The notes beneath the pieces were generated by a model, which worked only from the letters and a program-made list of their open reading frames with translations, was not told the DNA's origin and made no database searches. DNA of 63,327 nucleotides, counting the filler. It is 4 parts of 4 records of this genome, joined end to end, with 100 filler letters (N's around TTAATTAATTAA, not from the genome) between each part and the next. Parts side by side here need not be neighbours in the genome. Positions count along the whole stretch, not along the records: positions 57,635 to 63,327 come from DRR378314_435; 3 more parts are not named here. The stretch is one strand, 5' to 3'. Each line of letters begins with the position of its first letter. The stretch's first letter is position 1. Shown here in pieces: positions 58,479 to 63,327 of the stretch. A program made the translations under genes and the position numbers.

Positions 58479-60797
58479 CTAAGAAGATGAGTGGTTGCCT
58501 AGCCCCCACCAGCGTGGCAGCAATGCGCGCACCTTGGCCTGGGCAAAACGGTCGTCCATTAATATCACAACCCCTTCATCCTCGGGGCTGCGAATCACCC
58601 TTCCAGCGGCCTGCACCACTTTGATCATGCCGGGTATGCGGTAGGTGTAGTCGTCGCCCTGGCCGAAGCGGGTGTTCAGGCGCGCTTTCAGCGCTTCGTT
58701 AAAGTCGTTAAACGGCGGCAGGCCTAAGGTGGCAATAAACGCGCCGATTAGTCGCTCGCCAGGCAGGTCGACCCCTTCGGCGAAAGCACCGCCCAGCACT
58801 GCAAAGCCGATTCCCTTACCACCCGGGGTAAAGCGCGCCAGAAAGGCGTCGCGCTCGGCTTCCTGCATTCCACGGGTTTGGGCAAACATCGGCACGCTGG
58901 GATGTGCGTGCTGAAACTGCGTCATCACCTGCTCCAGATAAGCAAAGCTACTAAAAAACGCCAGATAGTGGCCAGGTTGACGCTGATACTGGTCGGCCAG
59001 GACTTCCACAATAGGCGCCACAGAGGCCTCACGGTGATGATAGCGAGTGGAAATATCGGCGCGAATACGCACTTCCAACTGGCGGGCGGCAAACGGTGAG
59101 GCCACTTCCCGCCACACACTGCTTTCCGGTAACCCGAGTAAATCTCGGTAGTAGTGAAACGGGGTCAGCGTGGCCGAAAACAACACTGCGCTGCTGGCAG
59201 CCTTGAAGCGTGCCGCCAGAAAATCCGCCGGAATAACATTGCGCAGCCCTAGCACTGCGTCGCCTCGGCCATAACTGGCAAGGTCGCAAAGTGAGTGGTC
59301 ACCAAACCGCTCCGCCAAACGGCAGAAGGTCAATGCGTCAAACAGCAGCTCTTGAAGCTCAATGCTTGAAGCGTCGGGGTGCTCAACCAAATAATCGGTG
59401 ATCGCGCCAGCCAAGGTTTGCATCGCGGCCACCAGTTTGTTGGGCAGCGCATCAAGTAAATGGTAACGCTGTGACGCCGCTGCATCGGTGGTGACTTCCT
59501 TCGTTAGCGCCTGCCACTGCCTACCGACACGGGCTAGCGGTTTAGCAAGCGCGGGAGGTGAGCGGCGACGCAGGCGGCTCAAGCGCTGCTGGGAAAGCTC
59601 GGCACTGTACATGCCCCGCGCTCGCTCAACTAAGTTGTGCGCTTCATCTATCAGCAGGCCTACCCGCCAGTCGTTGGCTTGGGCCAAACCATGCAGCAGC
59701 GCATGGCTATCAAACCAGTGATTCACATCGCCCACGACCACGTCGGCCCAGCGGGCTAGTTCCTGGCCTAGATAATACGGGCACACACTGTGGGCAAGCG
59801 CCACCTCTCGCAGTCCGTCACGATCTAGCCAGCGACGTGCCACCGCGGCTTGGCGAGCGGCCGGCAAGCGGTCATAAAAACCTGCTGCTAACGGGCAAGC
59901 ATCGCCTTGGCAAGCGGTGCCTGGGTACTCGCAGGCTTTTTGTCTGGCCACCAGTTCCAACACGCGCAGCGGCGATGTGAGGGAAGATGAAATAGGAGGT
60001 GATGAAGTAGGCGGTGATGAACTGGAGGTAACAAGACGCGCCAGCGCATCCAGCGCCACACGGCGGCCTGGGGTTTTCATGGTCAGAAAGGCCACCCTAT
60101 CCAACTGCTGACGGGGCATTGCAGTCAGCATCGGAAATAGCGTGCCAAGGGTTTTGCCAATGCCGGTAGGCGCTTGGGCCAGCAGGCACCGCCCGGTGCT
60201 GGCTGCTTTATAGACATCTTCCGCCAGCGGGCGCTGCCCAGGGCGAAAGTCAGGATAGGGAAACGTCAGCGTCGCCAGCCACTCATCGCGGCGCTGGCGA
60301 TGGGCAGACTCCTGCTCTGCCCAGGCCAAAAAGCGTTGGCATTGATCGGTAAAAAACGCCTGCAGCTCGGTGGCGCTAGCGTCGTGGGTAAGCAGTGTTT
60401 CCTGGCCGCTGCTAATCTCCAGATACACTAACACCAGCGTGACCCGCTCAAGGCAGCGCTCGGCACACAGCAGCGCGCCGTATACTTTCACCTGCGCCCA
60501 GTGCAACGCACGCTGATTGGCCGCCATGCGATCTAGGTTGCCACGATAGGTTTTGACCTCTTCCAAACGGTTAGCGCTGGGGTCAAAGCCGTCAGCGCGG
60601 CCCGCCACGCGAAGCCCCTGATACTCACCGGAAAGCGGCAGTTCGGCCAAGTAATCCTCGCCCCGGCGGCTAGCCACTAACCCATGTCCTTCGATACCTT
60701 CCTGAGCGCTGGGTGCTGGCGTAAAGCGGTGATCAAGGTCGCCCTCCCGTGCGGTAAAGTCACAGAGCGTGCGCACCGCCACCCGGTAACGGCTCAT
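58479..60797 (-). CDS. DinG/Rad3(XPD)-family Fe-S DNA helicase with N-terminal PD-(D/E)XK nuclease-like domain
   Basis: GRADG...EEVKT...HWAQVKVY; APTGIGKT; C-x5-C-x4-C...CPY; IDEAHN; FSAT; EGVD; QAAGRVIR; DDRF. Confidence 0.88.
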   Translation of the reverse strand: MSRYRVAVRTLCDFTAREGDLDHRFTPAPSAQEGIEGHGLVASRRGEDYLAELPLSGEYQGLRVAGRADGFDPSANRLEEVKTYRGNLDRMAANQRALHWAQVKVYGALLCAERCLERVTLVLVYLEISSGQETLLTHDASATELQAFFTDQCQRFLAWAEQESAHRQRRDEWLATLTFPYPDFRPGQRPLAEDVYKAASTGRCLLAQAPTGIGKTLGTLFPMLTAMPRQQLDRVAFLTMKTPGRRVALDALARLVTSSSSPPTSSPPISSSLTSPLRVLELVARQKACEYPGTACQGDACPLAAGFYDRLPAARQAAVARRWLDRDGLREVALAHSVCPYYLGQELARWADVVVGDVNHWFDSHALLHGLAQANDWRVGLLIDEAHNLVERARGMYSAELSQQRLSRLRRRSPPALAKPLARVGRQWQALTKEVTTDAAASQRYHLLDALPNKLVAAMQTLAGAITDYLVEHPDASSIELQELLFDALTFCRLAERFGDHSLCDLASYGRGDAVLGLRNVIPADFLAARFKAASSAVLFSATLTPFHYYRDLLGLPESSVWREVASPFAARQLEVRIRADISTRYHHREASVAPIVEVLADQYQRQPGHYLAFFSSFAYLEQVMTQFQHAHPSVPMFAQTRGMQEAERDAFLARFTPGGKGIGFAVLGGAFAEGVDLPGERLIGAFIATLGLPPFNDFNEALKARLNTRFGQGDDYTYRIPGMIKVVQAAGRVIRSPEDEGVVILMDDRFAQAKVRALLPRWWGLGNHSSS

Positions 60798-62551
60798 TCG
60801 GCATCTTCTCGCTCAGACCCTTCTCGTCCAGGCCCTTCTGATTGAGACCCTTCTAGTCCAGACGCTGGCTGCCAGCGCACATGACATACTTCAACGGGCA
60901 TACCATGGCGGCAAAAGAAGTCGATCCAGCGGCGTTGGTTATCTTGTAGACGATCTCCCGGCCCTTTCACTTCTATCATTTTGTAGCGTGGTTCGCCGGG
61001 CGGAGCATCCGGCATCAACTGAATCAGGTCAGGTAAACCTGCACGGTTATGCTTAAGGTCATCTAATAGCCGCATAAAACAGGCCCGCAAATGGGCAGGC
61101 GGCAAGCACTTAAGCGCAAGCGTTAACAGCTCTTCACTGACGATTCCCCAGTGAACAAAGGGCGATGCGATACCCTGCTTGGCGTGCCAGGTGCGCAGTA
61201 TCGTGTCCCGATAGCGGCCGTCATCCAACTGGGCCAGGCAGGCGGTGATATCGACTTGACGCTGAGAGACAAAATCCTCGCGGTATAAATCCGCAGGCCC
61301 GCTGTGAAACGGGTGAAAAAACGCGCCTGGCAGCGGTTTAAAAATGGCTGGCCAGAGCAGTAAGCCAAATAGCCCCGTCAGCAGGCCATTTTCAACGTAA
61401 TACACCGGCGCGTTAGGGGTCGCCATGTGGTCAGCAACGGCACGCTCAACTGGCTGAGGGCCAGGTAAATGAAGCACATAAGTAGGCGCCTGGACCACTT
61501 GTTGATCAGACTCAGTCGAACGCTCAACCTGTTGGGGTAATTTACGTGCCAAACGCGGCAACAACCGCATAAGCGCTTGGCTCTCGCCTTCATTTGGCTG
61601 CGCGTCCAGCGCGCTGATCGTGAGTTCATAAGCGTCTGAATAACGGCCTAAACGCTCTAACACGCGCAATCTGCGAATACGCGCATCGCTGTTATTGGCG
61701 TCAGCGTAAAGTGTTAACGCTAACTCTGCGTCGCCGCCGCGCTCGGCATCGCGGCCAATGGCAAGCAGCAACCGCGCCCGCCGAGAAGCTAACCAACGGT
61801 TGCTGGAAGCTGGTGGCACCTCGCTGGCAAGCAATTGCGGCAGCTCGCCGTCGTCCAAGCGTTCACGCAAGCGGTGAAGCGTTAAGTAAGTAGACACGTC
61901 GGAGCGGCTTTGGAACGCGCGCGACTCCGCGCTAAGCGGCACCTGCTCAAAGCGCTGCAGGCCCAGCTCCGTTAGCACGAACTCTGCCCAGTCCTGGCGC
62001 AGATTGCCGAAAAACATCAGCCGAAGTCGATCACAAAGCGCCATCACCGTTAGCCGCACAATCTGCGTCGTCGCCGTTGGCCACCACTGTTGAAGGGGCG
62101 CGGACTCTTCTAGCGACTCTTCCAGTGCTGCTTGAAGCGCAGCTTTCGTGCTGTTGCGGGCTAGACCTGCATTGGTGATCTCGCCTGCCAATGCCTGGCG
62201 CAGTTCACTCAGTCGCAACAGGCGAAATAGCTCGCGGCTGCTTAACTGCGGGGCATTGTCTACCCAGCCAAGCACCACCAGCGGCGCCAAGGCCTGCTCG
62301 GCGTCACCGATTTCCGCATAGCTCAGTTTATCCAGACGAAATAATTCCCCTTTACGCATCACCATGCGCACCAACAGCGCCTGGGAGGCTTGGGGTAACG
62401 TCTCAAAATGACTAATAGCGTCGCGTTCAGCAGCACTTAATAGATCGTAGTGGCGGGCTTCCACCCACGCCAACACGTAACGAAAGTTCGTTAGATAGTA
62501 GAAAGGGTCGTCTAAGGAGGCGGTCGCTGACGCGACAGGAGCACTGTTCAT
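60794..62551 (-). CDS. FAN1-like VRR-NUC domain nuclease
   Basis: YYL.NF, ALLVRMVMRKG, RLMFFGNL.QDW, YYVEN, GLPDL...IEVKGPGDRLQDNQ.RW; ATGA overlap with the helicase. Confidence 0.92.
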   Translation of the reverse strand: MNSAPVASATASLDDPFYYLTNFRYVLAWVEARHYDLLSAAERDAISHFETLPQASQALLVRMVMRKGELFRLDKLSYAEIGDAEQALAPLVVLGWVDNAPQLSSRELFRLLRLSELRQALAGEITNAGLARNSTKAALQAALEESLEESAPLQQWWPTATTQIVRLTVMALCDRLRLMFFGNLRQDWAEFVLTELGLQRFEQVPLSAESRAFQSRSDVSTYLTLHRLRERLDDGELPQLLASEVPPASSNRWLASRRARLLLAIGRDAERGGDAELALTLYADANNSDARIRRLRVLERLGRYSDAYELTISALDAQPNEGESQALMRLLPRLARKLPQQVERSTESDQQVVQAPTYVLHLPGPQPVERAVADHMATPNAPVYYVENGLLTGLFGLLLWPAIFKPLPGAFFHPFHSGPADLYREDFVSQRQVDITACLAQLDDGRYRDTILRTWHAKQGIASPFVHWGIVSEELLTLALKCLPPAHLRACFMRLLDDLKHNRAGLPDLIQLMPDAPPGEPRYKMIEVKGPGDRLQDNQRRWIDFFCRHGMPVEVCHVRWQPASGLEGSQSEGPGREGSEREDAE

Positions 62552-62583
62552 CTATCCATTGTAACAGTGCTTGATGAAGCAGG

Positions 62584-62943
62584 TTAACCCACCCGATGCT
62601 GATAAAGTACGTCCAGTGCATCGTCATCAGCAGCAGAGGATGACGCCTTTGATTGGGCAACGGGTTTGCGGCCGCCCACCAGCACATACCATTCCGCTTC
62701 TGTTAGGTAGTGCTGACACCAGCGGCTTAAGCCCGCGGCCACATCATCGCGAATTCGTTCGCCGCTTCGGAAAGCCTGGGCGAGATGTAACAAGTCCTGG
62801 CGAGCAGTGCGAGCACGGGCGTTACCGCCGTGCACTTTAGAAAGTGGGCAGCGTCGATCATAGGCCGCGTTGGTTAATGCATTTAACCAACGTTCCAATT
62901 CATGCGCCTGAATACCGCCGTAAACTGCCACACTGCACTCCAT
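62584..62943 (-). CDS. Hypothetical protein (start may be GTG 62931)
   Basis: ORF co-oriented with the nuclease and ending 32 bp upstream of it; no recognised motif. Confidence 0.55.
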   Translation of the reverse strand: MECSVAVYGGIQAHELERWLNALTNAAYDRRCPLSKVHGGNARARTARQDLLHLAQAFRSGERIRDDVAAGLSRWCQHYLTEAEWYVLVGGRKPVAQSKASSSAADDDALDVLYQHRVG

Positions 62944-63133
62944 GCTGAATGATGATTGAAATTTAATGAGCTCCGCCCATTAGCACTGGCGAAAAAGGGC
63001 GTTAGATTGCCCGATTGTGGTGCAACTGTCATCTTCGGGGTATTTCTGGCCACCCCCAGACATAGCCTAAACCAAGACGTAACGCCCTATGCCTGTACTA
63101 TACCTGCTAATCGAACGAAATGATTTGTAAACG

Positions 63134-63327
63134 TTAGTAATTCATTAGTGTCTCTTTCGCTTTGTGTTTAAGCGACGCCAACACTTTAGACTCATGCCAC
63201 TCCGGGCGATAAACAATGCCAAAACCAAACGACAACGCAGGCATAAAAGGCAGCACTTTGACATGGTCGTGGCGCGACAGCTGATCTTGCGCAGTAATCG
63301 GGTTCATTACCGTGACACCGACCTCAT
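63134..63327 (-). CDS. LysR-family regulator, C-terminal end (runs off the window; not in the ORF track)
   Basis: Hand translation: EVGVTVMNPITAQDQLSRHDHVKVLPFMPALSFGFGIVYRPEWHESKVLASLKHKAKETLMNY*, resembling the end of a LysR substrate-binding domain. Confidence 0.65.
   Translation of the reverse strand, partial: EVGVTVMNPITAQDQLSRHDHVKVLPFMPALSFGFGIVYRPEWHESKVLASLKHKAKETLMNY

Noticed and set aside
60300..60797. Helicase N-terminal domain as Cas4, or DinG as part of a type IV CRISPR system
   Set aside because: No Cas4 cysteine pattern in this domain, no array or other cas genes; the FAN1 context points to repair

Overview
The window is not one locus. It is four sequences joined by artificial 100-bp spacers (N44-TTAATTAATTAA-N44 at 23515-23614, 41040-41139 and 57535-57634), probably from at least three organisms. 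Segment 1 (1-23514) is a moderate-GC, Halomonas-like gammaproteobacterium. It carries the end of a wcbP-wcbQ-wcbR-wcbT (rkp-type) capsule/lipid cluster with a 2438-aa reducing type I PKS, then rfaH, an IclR / self-sufficient CYP116B-type P450 / TRAP solute-binding catabolic islet, rnk, gdhA and a five-gene Csu-type chaperone-usher pilus operon. Segment 2 (23615-41039) is a high-GC gammaproteobacterium with an FlhDC-type flagellar system: aer, cheW, cheA, motB, motA, flhC, flhD, a FlhB-C-like gene, a FliK-like gene, fliT, fliS, fliD, a PilZ + degenerate HD-GYP fusion, fliC and a TPR-GT41-methyltransferase fusion, with four sigma28 promoters and two perfect CRP boxes. Segment 3 (41140-57534) is a Roseobacter-group alphaproteobacterium: RTX-repeat protein, hypothetical protein ending in QMSLF, proS, GAF hybrid kinase, AI-2E transporter, hdaA, ppx (no ppk1), three VOC genes (one behind a perfect SoxR box), DUF1127/LysR pair, EEP nuclease, DjlA-like protein, a run of five abutting palindromes and a methylmalonyl-CoA mutase fragment. 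Segment 4 (57635-63327) is Halomonas-like: TauE/SafE permease, nuclease-fused Fe-S DinG/XPD helicase, FAN1-like VRR-NUC nuclease, a small ORF and a LysR fragment. I found no rRNA, tRNA, CRISPR array or transposase. Taxonomic and product calls come from motif recognition, not database searches. The best leads are the PKS/oxoamine-synthase aminolipid pathway, the five-palindrome array, the sigma28-driven PilZ-HD-GYP gene, the flagellin-adjacent GT41-methyltransferase fusion and the SoxR-boxed VOC gene.
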